DNA of 64,000 nucleotides from Malacoraja senta (taxonomy: Eukaryota). The DNA is taken from positions 153,822,001-153,886,000 of the forward strand of contig CM075977.1 in NCBI GenBank assembly GCA_038087875.1, written 5' to 3'. The notes beneath the pieces were generated by a model. The model did no database searches, was not told where the DNA came from, and was given only the letters and a program-made list of their open reading frames with translations. This document shows, piece after piece, positions 13,657 to 25,233 of this stretch. Every line of letters starts with the position of its first letter. Positions within the stretch are counted from its first letter, which is position 1. The position numbers were made by a program, and so were the translations under genes.

Positions 13657-14000
13657 CCTGATGCACAGAATCTCTTGCCCAGAGTAGGAGAATCGAGGGC
13701 CAGAGAACATAGGTTCAAGGTGAAGGAGAAAAGATTTAATAGGATTCTGAGGGGTAACCTTTTCACACAAAGGGTGGTGGGTGTATGGAACAAGCTGCCA
13801 GAAAAGGTAGTTGAGGTAGGGACTATCCCAATGTTTAAGAAACAGTTAGACAGGTATATGGATAGGACAGGTTTGGAGGGATATGGACCAAGCTCAGGCA
13901 GGTGGGACTAGTGCAGCAGGGACATGTTGTCCAGTGTGGGCAAGTTGGGTCGAAGGGTCTGTTTCCACACTGTATCACTCTATGACTCTGTGACTCTATG
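13657..14000 (+). mobile_element. CR1 3' fragment nested in an older opposite-strand CR1 remnant (about 13455-14300)
   Basis: HRFKVKEKRF...FTQRVVGVWNKLP motif and a (TCTATGAC)n tail; the flanks carry LNVYFSSVFT. Confidence 0.8.
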
Positions 14001-14449
14001 ATACAAATAAATATATTTGCCAGTGGCCCTGCAATTTATTTCCTAGCTTCTCACAGTGCTCTAGAATGTATTTGAACAGGTCAAAGGGTTTTGTCTACCT
14101 TCATTCATTTTATGACCTCCTGCACTCTTCTGCTGTAATGTTGACTCTCTTTAATACATCGGTGTTAACTTCCCCAAGTTCTCTAACTTTCTTAATGTCT
14201 TTTTCCACAGTAAATACAGATGAGAAATATACATTCAGCATCTTGTCCTCCTGTGCCTTCAAAGGGTCCTTCACAGTTACCCTTTTGCCTTGAATGAATG
14301 CAGCCAAAGGGTCTATTTCTCTGTTGTATAGCTCTATGACTCTATGACTGTAGCACAGACACTGAAATCCAGGCACAATTGCTATTGTCTGAGACTGTCC
14401 ACACTAGCAAGAGGCTCCTTGCATTACGAAAAAAATAAAATAATTTTGA

Positions 14450-14750
14450 GGCGGCACATTGGCACAGTGGTAGAGTTGTTGCCTTACGGCACCACAGCCC
14501 CGGGATCGATTCTGACTATGGGTTCTGACTACGGAGTTTGTATATTCTCCCGTGACCGATTTACCCGGATGCTCTGGTTTCCTCCTAAACTCCAAAGATA
14601 TACAGGTCTGTATGTAATTGGCTTTGGTAAAAACTATAAATTGTCCCGAGTGTGTAATGTGTGGTAATATGACGGGGATCGCTGGTCGGCACAGGCTCGG
14701 TGGGCCAAAGGGCCTGTTTCAGCGCTGAATCTCTAAAGCTAAAACTAAAA
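14450..14750 (+). mobile_element. HE1-like V-SINE
   Basis: tRNA-like head (GGCACAGTGG...GGATCGATTC), V-domain, CR1-like tail and CTAAA repeats. Confidence 0.8.
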
Positions 14751-15908
14751 ATAGATATTTGTGAAAATAAAGCAACATTAATGAAGCAAGATTAAATTGC
14801 TACGTATATCTTAAATTAATGAATGTAAAATTATAAACTGCTTTGAACAATTTCTGCATCTGGATCTGTGGATCAACATTGTTGAATAACTCCTAGGAGA
14901 AGTACCGTTAACTTGTGTTGGAAGGAGGCAATGGCACTCCCGGCAACACTAAGAAGTTCTGCAAGTGCCTTAAGCAGAATCAGTGCCAGCCTCTGACCCC
15001 ACTTAAAGAGTGACAGCTGGGAAAGACATAGGAAGCAATTAAAAACACTGCATTGTTCAGAAAGCCCTGTCCCTGATGGCACTTCGCACTCTTGAACAGT
15101 GGTCTGCAAAAGAGATAAAGGGTTCCAGGCTTGTGTTACATGGCCTGTAAGACTTTGTGTGATGTATCCTTCTGGTTTCACTTGAGGTTATTTATTTACG
15201 TAGGCTGTTTTTAAGGGCTGTAGGCTTTGGCCTACTTGACTAATTATCCGCAACACCTGTCTCTGGCGACACAGTTTGCAACAAAAGCAGATCCCCCCCT
15301 TAGCCTGCTAACAGTCGAAAGCCTTTGAGTGGATCAGGAAAAACAAAGAAATGAATAGATATGTTTTTGTTTTTTCACTGAGATGTTTACCATCCCAATA
15401 AGTTTGCTGCAGATACTCCCAGGAGAGATTTCTTTTAACTTTACAGTGCGGCTGAGGTCTTAATAAAGTTCACATCAAGAGAAGTCATGCTAGCACTTAA
15501 TTTAACTTCTGCCTTCTTCTGACTTACTGCAGGCCAGATCTGGACTTTAGCTTCCCGTTTCTGCGCTTTAGAATCGCCACCAAATGTTTCACATTACTCA
15601 GTGTGAAAAACCTCCTATTCTTTCAGATTTTTACAAGTTCATACATCCGCGGAAACTTGATATTTCATATTTCATTCTGCTTTGCGGATGTCACGATGAG
15701 GGATGCTGGTTCACATGCAACTGGCCCCTTCGGCCTTTGATCAGCCTGACCACAACTAATTGGAGATGGAGAACAAATGAAGGAAATATTTACAAATTTC
15801 ATGGGAATTCAGCGATGGTTCGTCTAAAGCCTCCACTGTCCTATAACTTTCCTTGGCAGTACATGGCCAGTCGATGGTCTTTCTCCACAAAGTGCACTGG
15901 AATTTTTT

Positions 15909-16039
15909 TATAGTGCTAAGTTTGGGACTATATTCTGCGGCTTTACAGGACCAACGATGAAATGGCGTCTTATCCTTTTCTTCTTAAAGTCCTGTTTGTT
16001 GAAACGGGGGAGAGTTCTTATTTTCTTTCCAGGTTGCAG
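15909..16039 (-). CDS. Candidate terminal exon of an unidentified host gene (coding part; 3' UTR would extend towards about 14800)
   Basis: Strong acceptor TCCTTTTCTTTTGTCTTGCTTACAG| with the exon starting at 16039, followed by about 1.2 kb of repeat-free sequence. All three frames stop within 131 nt (e.g. LQPGKKIRTLPVSTNRTLRRKG* or ATWKENKNSPRFNKQDFKKKRIRRHF...AL*). Protein not recognised. Confidence 0.35.
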
Positions 16040-16555
16040 CTGTAAGCAAGACAAAAGAAAAGGATGACCGTAAAATTAAAACCAAATTTTTAGGCGCACA
16101 GTAAAGTGGAGAAAATTAGTAGAAAATGCAACTGTTGAAAATAAAGTTACAAACACTTAGAGCCAAATTTAACAGCTGAAGGGTCACAGAGGCTAATGCT
16201 AAATGACAATTGTAAAACTCCGACAAAGTTTATTTTACAAATATTCCAGCTGAATTAAAATGCCTGGCAGCAAAACTTTAGTTAACCAGATGTGCTTTTG
16301 AATGCTCTATGTTATTTTTGCTTTGCTTCATATATATCATCAAATATAAATCTGGCAAAGGAAAAGGATTAACAAAACAACTTATTTGCAAAAAATGTGA
16401 ATCTGGCTAAACTGACAACATCTAATAGTTAAATCATGGATAAAATTGTGAGAGAGAATTAGTGTGTGTTCGGCCATCCTCTGTCCATTTTCAATGGAGC
16501 TCAGTTCTTATATTCAAAAAATACTTCTGTGATTAATATCTGACATTTAAAAAAA

Positions 16556-17593
16556 AACCTCCATTCACACTTACACACACTAACCACCCCCACACACACA
16601 CACTAACCCCCCCCCTTGATATTATATTAATATTATTCATTTGCCCCTTTTCCCCATCCCCCGCCCTATCCACTCACGCACAGCCCGCAACTGCGCAGAC
16701 GCGGTTAGAGAGGAAGAGGGAGGGGGTAGAGAGGGAGGGGATAGAGAGGGAGAGGGTGAGGGGGGTAGAGAGGGAGGATGGAGGGAGGGGGAGGGGGAGG
16801 GGGTAGAGATTGAGGGGCAAGGGGTGCGCGCGGTGTCACAGGGGAGGGCTGGTTCCCGAATGCAATATTCCACCACTCACCCATAGGTCCCAATACTCAC
16901 CACTCCCTAGAGCGGGAGGGGGGGTGGTGTTGAGAGGGAGAAGGGGGGAGAGAGTGAGAGGGGCCAGAGAGGGAGGGGGCAGAGAGGGAGGGGGCAGAGA
17001 GGGAGGGGGCAGAGAGGGAGGGGGTGGGGTAGAGAGGGATGGGGAGGGGGTAGAGAGGTAGTGGGGTAGAGAGGGAGGAGGTAGATAGGGAGGGGGGTAG
17101 AGGGGGGGCTGGGTAGATAGGGATGGTTAGAGGGAGGGGGAGGACAACTTGTTCTATTTGATCTTATTTGATTGTGCACGCCAGGTTGATTGCATCCGTG
17201 GAAACACGTGAAGATTGCAATCTCCCACCCCTGTCCCATTGTGATGTCATATGTAAATGATATCCATTGTGATTGGACGTCTGTGAGGTGGCACTGGGAC
17301 ATCATCAATGGAAAGTGCTGCAAGTCTCCCACTGAAAAGCAGTTATTTTTTTGAAATAAACGATTAAAACTTAAAAAAACGTTGGAAATATAGGTTGGAA
17401 TGCGACGGGAAGATGTTTATCCCGTCGAGGGAACAAATGTGAGTAGCATGTGTGAAAATGGGAAGGCTGTGGCCAAGCGTTTTGGAAGAAGATACAAATT
17501 AAGGAGATTAAAAGAAAGCCAACACAACCCTGCACACACTTAGAAATTTAGAATGTGGAGAACAAAGGGAAGAGTTTTAGTATAATATAGATG
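16556..17593 (+). mobile_element. Non-autonomous element with GA-rich internal repeats, possibly Helitron/Helentron-associated
   Basis: Shares the block GGGCTGGT.CCCGA.TGCAATATTCC with the element at 33252-34578 (opposite strand) and ends in TTTTAGTATAATATAGAT. The superfamily assignment is inference. Confidence 0.4.
17141..17231 (-). mobile_element. Degenerate second copy of the ribozyme-SINE, embedded in another element
   Basis: Reverse complement is GGGGTGGGAGATTGCAATCTTCACGT[10-nt deletion]GTTTCCACGGATGCAATCAACCTGGCGTGCACAATCAAATAAGATCAAATAGAACAAGTTGTCCT, which aligns to 43416-43516. Confidence 0.9.
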
Positions 17594-18092
17594 AGTAATT
17601 AAAGAAAAGTAATTAAAGAAATTTGGAAGGCTATATAGTAGCTAATTAGATTTTCTTTTCACATAAAAAGCCCTACAAATAGTTCCTATAATGAAAGGAA
17701 TACAGGGAAAATGGTAATAATAGATGAGATGTGGTTTTCTTCCTGCTTCTTCTTCACTCAGTAACGGAGTGACCAGGAATTAATTGCTGTGACTGTGCAT
17801 GAACGAAAGCAGAAACCAAGCAGCCTCTTAGGGATTTAGAGGGTAAATACCCTCTGTGTACTATGTAGCAAAATTGTAACCCCATTTGTAAAAAGTGATG
17901 TTCCAAAACTGTTACATGTGGTGCTTGAGGAATTCTTAACCCAAGTGGGTTTAGAAAAGGTATTAGCATTTCTGCAGTTTTTGAAGAAGTTATCGCACCT
18001 CAATGAGAGAGTTGTACAGTGACAAGCTATCTCTATAGAATGAGTTGTGATGATGATAGTCAGACAACTCTGGCATGAGGGAAAACTCTTAC

Positions 18093-18118
18093 CCAGCGCC
18101 AAACAGGTTTTGTTCGAG
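18093..18118 (-). CDS. Candidate 26-nt micro-exon of the host gene
   Basis: CATTTTACTTTTGTTTCTACAG|CTCGAACAAAACCTGTTTGGCGCTGG|GTAAGAG: canonical acceptor and donor in repeat-free sequence; open in all three frames. Confidence 0.4.
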
Positions 18119-18732
18119 CTGTAGAAACAAAAGTAAAATGCGAAAAAAGTAAAAACAAACACATTTAGCTGCGTACAAGGAGTTTGTGAGGCAAATTTCC
18201 CTTGAGCTGTCTATCTGAAGAGGGATGGGATCAGGATAAAATGCTGGTTTTATGCCTTGCCCAATATCACTGTAAATTAAGTTAACATGAGAGAAGGTGT
18301 AGAGTAGGCAATTCACTCAGAATTGTGGCTTTCCGAACGGATCAGATGACTAAAAATTAATCCTTTCTCCTGCCATCTTAACTCTTTCCCTGGTTCTATC
18401 TATATTTGTTCCATCTACTTTTCTATATTAGCCCTAATATTCTTTAATTTGCTCTTTAGATTTAAATTGACGGTATTCTCGTAAATCCAGAATTTATTTC
18501 AATAAACTCTATTGAAGTCCATCTTATGGAATAAGGTGATAAAGAAGTCCACTAAAACTGCAGGGAATCTTGCTAAATCTTACTGCAGTTACTTTTTCTA
18601 TCAAGGTAGTTTTCTTTCTTGTTTTTTTTTACTCCCCAACTCCCTTCTCACAAGAAATAATCACAGGGAGCACTTTATTCACCCTTTATTCCTGCAAATC
18701 ACTCCTAGGTGCACATAAACAAACCAGAATAC

Positions 18733-18786
18733 CTTTTGTGTAGACTTGCCCCCTTCTCTGTGAGGAAATTCCAGACTGCCACTGAT
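18733..18786 (-). CDS. Candidate 54-nt exon of the host gene
   Basis: TTGTTGTACAAAG|ATCAGTGG...CACAAAAG|GTATTC; weaker acceptor; open in all three frames. Confidence 0.25.
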
Positions 18787-19679
18787 CTTTGTACAACAAC
18801 ACACAAAATACAATAAATCTATTTTATCAGACATCCATCTGATTTGCAGCTGACTACTTTGTAGCTCAATGCTTTGGATCTCCATAATGCTTCACTGCCC
18901 TGCCTTTCCTGGCTGAGATTTATTTGTGAAATGTGCAGAGATACTTTTGTGAAATTTGAGGTACAATTTCCTTACAGTTAAAACTGTTTCCTCATCAATA
19001 AAACTAATGCACCACATGTTGTCAATAATAAAAAGCACATGGCCGCATTAGACAAAGCACTGAATTTATTTCACAAGTGCCAATTCCATAATCCATCTCA
19101 CTTTCACATATGCATTCAGCTTTACTAATTAGTTTTGATTCTTCCTGCTCGCATTTTCAACACCTCTGCACTGAATGAATATCAAAAAAAATAACTGCAG
19201 GTGTTGGCAAACTGAAATAAAAAAGAGAAAATGTTGGAAACACCCAACAGGTCAGGCAGCTGTGGAAAGAGAAACAAGATAAACGTTTCATGCCAAGATC
19301 CTGTCAGAATTAGGAACGTTGGGAAACAAGTTGGTTTTATGTTGCAGAGACAGTGGCAGTTAAGACAAAGGCAACAACTGTGATTATGATGATAGAGAGA
19401 GGTCAGGGAGGACATTTTAAAAAGTTGTGGAGATCAACTGGTTGATAGGTTAATGACAGTGATCACTGAGTGAGAATGAAAAGAGTATAAACAAGATGGC
19501 CTGAATATTGGAGCCAATTAATCTAATCAGGGCCTCACTGCTGGCGAAATTGGCTTGGGAGAGGACATTGATGTGACAAAATTGACTTGGAGGATTTGTG
19601 AAAACAGGTTTGACAGTATATTTCCAGTGTTTTGACATTCTTACACTGGTGCAGGTGGGACAGGGAAGAAGAACATTTT

Positions 19680-20500
19680 GTCTCTACTGGATCTACTTCA
19701 TTAGAAGGCTTAGGAAGTTTGGCATGTCCCCTACAACTCTCACCAATTTCAACAGATGAGGTGAAATTTTATCGGGATGCATCACAGCATGGTTTGGGAA
19801 CAGCTCCATCCAAGACCACAAGAAATTGCAGAGAATTGTGGACACAGCCCAGACCATCACACAAACCAACCTCCCTTTTATTGACTTCATCTATACTTCA
19901 CTTTACTTCGGCAAGGCCAGAAGCATAATCAAGGTTGAGTCTCACCCCGGGCACTCCTTCTTCTCCCCTCTCCCATCAGGCAAGAGGTATAGAAATGTAG
20001 AAATATACACATCCAGATTCAGTTTCTTCCCGGCTGTTATCAGGCAGCTAAACCATCCTATCACCAACTAGAGAACAGTCCTGAGCTATCATCTGCCTCA
20101 TTCTAGACCCTCGGCCTATCTTTCATTGGACTTTGTGTAGGAAAGAACTGCAGATGCTGGTTTAAATTGAAGGTAAACACAAAATGCTGGAGTAACTCAG
20201 TGGGACAGGCAGCATCTCTGGAGAAGGAGTGGTTGACGTTTCGGGTTGAGACCTTCAGAATCTGAATCTTCAATGTCTGAAGAAGGGTCTCGACCTGAAA
20301 CATCACCCATTCATTCTCTCCAGAGATGCTGTCTGTCCCGCTGAGTTACTCCAGCATATTGTGTCTTTCATTGGACTTTAATGGACATCTGTATCTGTAC
20401 ACTGTGGATGGCCGGATTGCAATCATGTATAGTCTTTCTGTTGACAAAAAAGCATTTCACTGTACCCTCAGTACACATGACAATAAACTAAACTAAACTA
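19680..20500 (+). mobile_element. Rex1/Babar 3' fragment
   Basis: QRIVDTAQTIT...HPGHSFFSPLPSGKRYR...FFPAVIRQLN; tail TGACAATAAA followed by (CTAAA)n. Confidence 0.85.
20135..20363. mobile_element. Two inverted Penelope terminal-repeat copies (palindromic mini-element)
   Basis: 16-bp TSD TCTTTCATTGGACTTT (20119-20134 and 20364-20379); inverted arms, each with a hammerhead-like core. Confidence 0.8.
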
Positions 20501-20899
20501 TACTAGATGTTGGGTGTAAGATTCGTACTCTTGTATGGGAACAAGCCAGCAAGGACAAAGTATGGCTTCCAATGTACATACACACAAGCAACATTTGCAC
20601 ACAACATCTCGACTACCGAGTATGTGTCAATCTTTGTAAAGACATATTTAGGTTTAGGTTTATTGTTTAGGTTTATTATTCTCACATGAGGTACGGTGAG
20701 GAGTTTTTGTTTGTATACTATTTAATCAAATCAGTTAATACTATACATGATTACAATCAAACCAAACACAAAAGACAGAGCAAAGAGAAAAATACCAGTG
20801 TAGAATATAGTTCTCAACATTTCCAAAGAAATTAAATGCACAATGTTTGGATTGTCGATTACACAGTTGCCCATTAAGAACCATTTAAAAACCCTTCCC

Positions 20900-21440
20900 A
20901 TTCCTATATTGACCTTTTTGTGCTAGATATCCACAATTGCCATAGTAAGACCACATGCAAACTGGAGGAACAGCACCTCCTATACTTCTTGGGAGCTTAC
21001 AACCCAATAGTATGAACGTTCATTCTCAAATTTCATGCAATACCTATTTATCGCCCCTCTCCTTCCTGTGCCCCCAGCCTGGTGTGCATCTATTTCTCCC
21101 AACATCATGTCCCCTTCCCCCCCTGTCCCCTTCCACCTTAATCCCTTCGGCTTTATATTTCACACCTCTTATCTCCTTTTCATATATCTCATTTTCATCT
21201 CTGGCCTTTGTCCACCAATCTGCCAATCAACCTCCTCTCATCTGTATCCACCTATCACTTGTCACTCTTTTTTCCACCCCAACCTCTTTTCCAGCTTACT
21301 CCCCCTACTACAGTGAGTCTGAAGAAGAAATGCCAACGTTGCCTATCCATTCCCTTCACAGATGCTGTCTGACTTGCCGAGTTACTCCCACACTTTTTTT
21401 GACTTACTCAAGATTCCAGCAACTGCAATTCCTTGTGTCT
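20900..21440 (+). mobile_element. Old Penelope-like 3' fragment
   Basis: KLEEQHL-type coding remnant and a terminal repeat (CTGAAGAAG...GATGCTG...GAGTTACTCC). Confidence 0.65.
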
Positions 21441-24400
21441 TTGTGTTCCCATTAGCAATGTTGGTTAGTTTCATTCCAGGCAGGAAGCTCATTGGAGGTA
21501 AGGTACAGCATTGCAGCAAGAAGAACTGTTGGTTTAGTGAGGCAGCTTTGTTTGGCACAGGTCTTCACTGAGGATAGTAAGATTAAATGAGAACTTACCA
21601 GTTTGAAGTTTGATCTTTATTTTATGAGGAGTTACGATAAGCGATTACGTGAATAATTCCCGCCAGTCCGCATGCGCGTCAATCTTCAAAGCACCGGTGT
21701 GAAATCACAGGTAAGAGTAATTGAAGTAACATAGTAAGATTAGAAACCTAGAACTATCAGATGACCTTTGTGATATGAGGGCTGGGAGCGGTGGGCACGT
21801 AATCACTCATCGTAACTCCTCATAAAATAATGATCAAACTTCAAACTGGTAAGTTCTCGTTTAATCTTACTATTTTACTTCGGAGTCACGTGAGTGATTC
21901 CGTGAAGATTTCAAAGCTCTGTGATTTCATGCCGTGAGAAACGAGTCTACACAACCACAACTGCTTCATTGACAGATGAGGGAAACATTCATAATGAATA
22001 AATAATATTAATAGTAACCCCTCTCATCCGGGAGGAAACTATACAACTGAACCTAAAATAGAGTTGGCAAATACACCTGGTCTGGCAATGGGTTATTATG
22101 AAATGTTTGGAAAGTTCGTTCGTTTGACCATCCTGCAGCCGCTAGGATATGGTCCAGCGGAATGTAAATAACCCTTGCTGCTGATGTTGTAGCAGCCCTG
22201 ATGAAGTGAGATTTGAAAATCAGTATCTGCTCCTGCATAAACCAAACCCCGTTTCACCACCTGGAGATGGTCTGAACTGATACCTTCTTATAAAGGTTTT
22301 TGTAACTAACAAGCATTGCTAGTTCAGAGCCTCTGAGGCTCTAGGTGACCTTGATGTATTGTTGTATATGTGTGACCTCACATAACCGAAGGTCCCTGGG
22401 TATGCCATGAAACTAGTTTGAGACCTGACACCCCTTCTGCTCTGCTTAACTAAATCATAAACATAAAATATTATATTATTTGCAGATGTAACCATCCTGT
22501 CCAGTCGCAATTATGTAGCGACTGAACCCGTTGCGCTGAGACCAGCGCCATGAGGATAACTACCTTATGAGAGCCGGCCAAAGCTAAAGATGTAGCTGGA
22601 GCCCCCTGGTGAAGTAGTGTTAACACAATGTCAATATCCCATACTGCCCTGTACTTGTCCTGGGAGAACTTGTGTTAAAGATATCCTTTACAAACTCGAT
22701 ATCCGGGGGTGAAACCCGACTGAGTGGGTCCCATTCGTTGCAGCAAATATGATGGGAAGGCATGTTGGGCACAGTTAATGGCCCTATAACTCAATTATTG
22801 TCAAAGACCCATTTGAAAATGAACTCCAAGATGTCAGTAATCTGTACCATATTAAATGTAACATTAGCATTAAACAAAACGCTTCCCATCTCCTGAAGAA
22901 GAACTGTACTGCTTTTTTGGTGCTATCCCTGCACTCTGCAGTGAGCACATACATGGATCGTTGTGACATCCCGAGCTGTAGGAGCAGTCTACTCAGAATA
23001 TGTAAGTCAATAAATTGATTTTATCATGCAGAGGCTGGTTTCCCGAGCCACAGGCTGAACCAGCAAAGTTTTACGTTTAGAATAACCGTATAAGGTTGTA
23101 TTATTATTCCTGACAAAAGTGGGAATCATGGCTGCATAGGTCACAGACAGTACAAAACCTAAAGCGGGATCTAGCTGACTTCATTTCGAGACCCGATTGA
23201 TGAGGCAAAATGGAGGAAGACATAAAAGAACATTCATCCTCCTTGTAGCGAGAATGTATCTCTCGCCACTGTTATGCCACATATTTTTGCAACCGGTGAA
23301 TAAGCATGAAAACAGCATATCGATATTCGGTGTTCCATCGAACCATAATTTCATAAATACTTTGTGCTCCAACACCCATTCTGTGTAGTCATTGATCTGT
23401 ACTTGATGATACACCAGTGGCAAATGAGATTAGGTAAATTATTACAGGATACTTTTACTTGATTGCACCCATGTGACTAACATATGCCACCACCATAGTG
23501 TATCAAGTTGAAGTTGAGCATGCAGATTATGCATATTCGCTCAAAAAACCTTTAACCCATAGAATGAACCTGTGTCTATAGATAGTTGATACCAATAACT
23601 GAAGAATTGGCAACTCATGCAAATCTCCTCCACCTCCGAACTAGAGATGACATTCACAATTTTCCACCTTAGAGCACTTAGCATCAGTTTGTAATATAAC
23701 TGAAATTTTACTGACCAAACTACTGGAGCAATGCTCAAGTTCAAGTTCAAGTGAGTTTATTGTCATGTGTCCCCGATGGGGCAATGAAATTCTTGCTTTG
23801 CCTCAGCCCACAGAACACAGTAGGCATTTACTACAAAACAGATCAGTGTGTCCATATACAGGTACCGTTATATAAATATATACACACATGAATAAATAGA
23901 CTGACAAAGTGCAATTAACAGATACTGGGTTATAAATTATCAGAGTTTTGTCCGAACCAGGTTTAATAGCCTGAATACTGTTCATCCATCATTGTGACTT
24001 TGGTAGCTTCAGCTGGTAATAGCATAGGAATGTTAACAATGACCTACATGGCACTTGAGAGGTTGCTACTTTGCATGATGTCAGCCCCACTTGCACAGCT
24101 GAATCACAGCTACTATATTGCCAATTACTCTTGATGAATAGAAGGCTGCTTTATAACAACAAGGTTGTTATAGGTTTCTATTAACTCCAATCTCTTGCCC
24201 AAGGGCGGAGTCATAGGCTAATTAATAGTTAAAGGTAAATCCCAAAGACCAACAAGTCTATTTGGTAACAACTTAAATTTAACTGGATGGATGCCAATTT
24301 CTCAAATATAGTTTGAGGCTGAAACAGTTGATTTTAGCAAAATACAGCATTAGAATATCATCCAATCAAGACATAACAAGTGTTTTTGAACTCTGAGTAG

Positions 24401-24599
24401 TCCAAGCACCGATTTTAGAAAGTTTGGTAAAACCTGGGTAAATAATTTAGCCCATTTTGCAATGCTTTACTGTTATCATTACTGTTATCAATCCTGATCA
24501 TTTCAAATGTCTCCGGTGCTCCCTGTAAATGGGAACTGAATAGAATGTATCTTTAAGATCCTTATGAAAATCAGTTGTTAGTCACTAATGAAGTTTCCT

Positions 24600-25085
24600 T
24601 ATTCGGAAAAGTTTATACTGCACATGCGAGTTAAACGACATTCTCCATCTTTCCCAATGAACAGGCCACGCCTGCCATCTCTCGCCGAGATTGCCAGTAT
24701 GTGGAGCTCCGTCCAGCGTGGCCTGTTGGATTGGAAGGCGCGGTCTCCGGTAAGAAGGTGGCCGTTGCTGGCACCCCAAGCCACTGAGAGGGTTCTCCCG
24801 ACGCCGGAGTACCATCACCCGGCGAGAATGGCCAGGAACATCGAGCCTCCGTAGCGGCGACTGTGGAGGCCTCAATAGGCCCGACTATGGGTGGACATGG
24901 GGATGGGGACTGGACTTTGTGCCTTCCCCCACAGTGGGAACCATTGTGGGGGGATGTTTTTATGTTTAATGTTAAACTTCTTTAATGCTATGTTGTATTT
25001 TTATTAGTGTGCTGCAAGGACATCTGAATTTCCCCTGAATAAGGGGATTAATAAAGTATTTATTATTATTATTATTATTATTACT
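24600..25085 (+). mobile_element. SINE-like element with Rex1-type tail inserted in the DIRS element
   Basis: CpG-rich body, TCCCCCACAGTGG-GAA-CCATTGTGGGGGA hairpin, AATAAA and a (TTA)n tail. Confidence 0.6.
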
Positions 25086-25090
25086 ATTCC

Positions 25091-25233
25091 GTGCCTGCCA
25101 CGAACGACAACTCTAGCCATAATTCTGAGCCTGCCGCGAAAGACAACTCTGGCCATATTTCCGATCCTGTCTCGAAGGCAACCCTGGCCATAATACTGAG
25201 CCTGTCTCAAAAGACAATTCTGGCCCAAATTCC
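25091..25233. repeat. ~39-bp tandem repeat (about 4 units) inside the DIRS element
   Basis: GCCTG.C.CGAA.GACAACTCTGGCCATA units recur with a period of about 39. Confidence 0.75.

Noticed and set aside
14450-14520. tRNA gene (also at the other HE1-like SINE heads)
   Set aside because: A/B-box-like heads run directly into the V-domain and a CR1 tail, with no complete cloverleaf.
16637-17332. Pro-rich and Gly/Glu-rich ORFs
   Set aside because: Translations of low-complexity GA-rich repeats.
18093-18786. Ankyrin-like reading (AVWNFLTEKGASLHKSSNKTCLALAA), or SMOC2-like C-terminus, for the candidate exons
   Set aside because: The similarity is short and weak, and no supporting upstream domain exons were found in the window, so no gene symbol is assigned.
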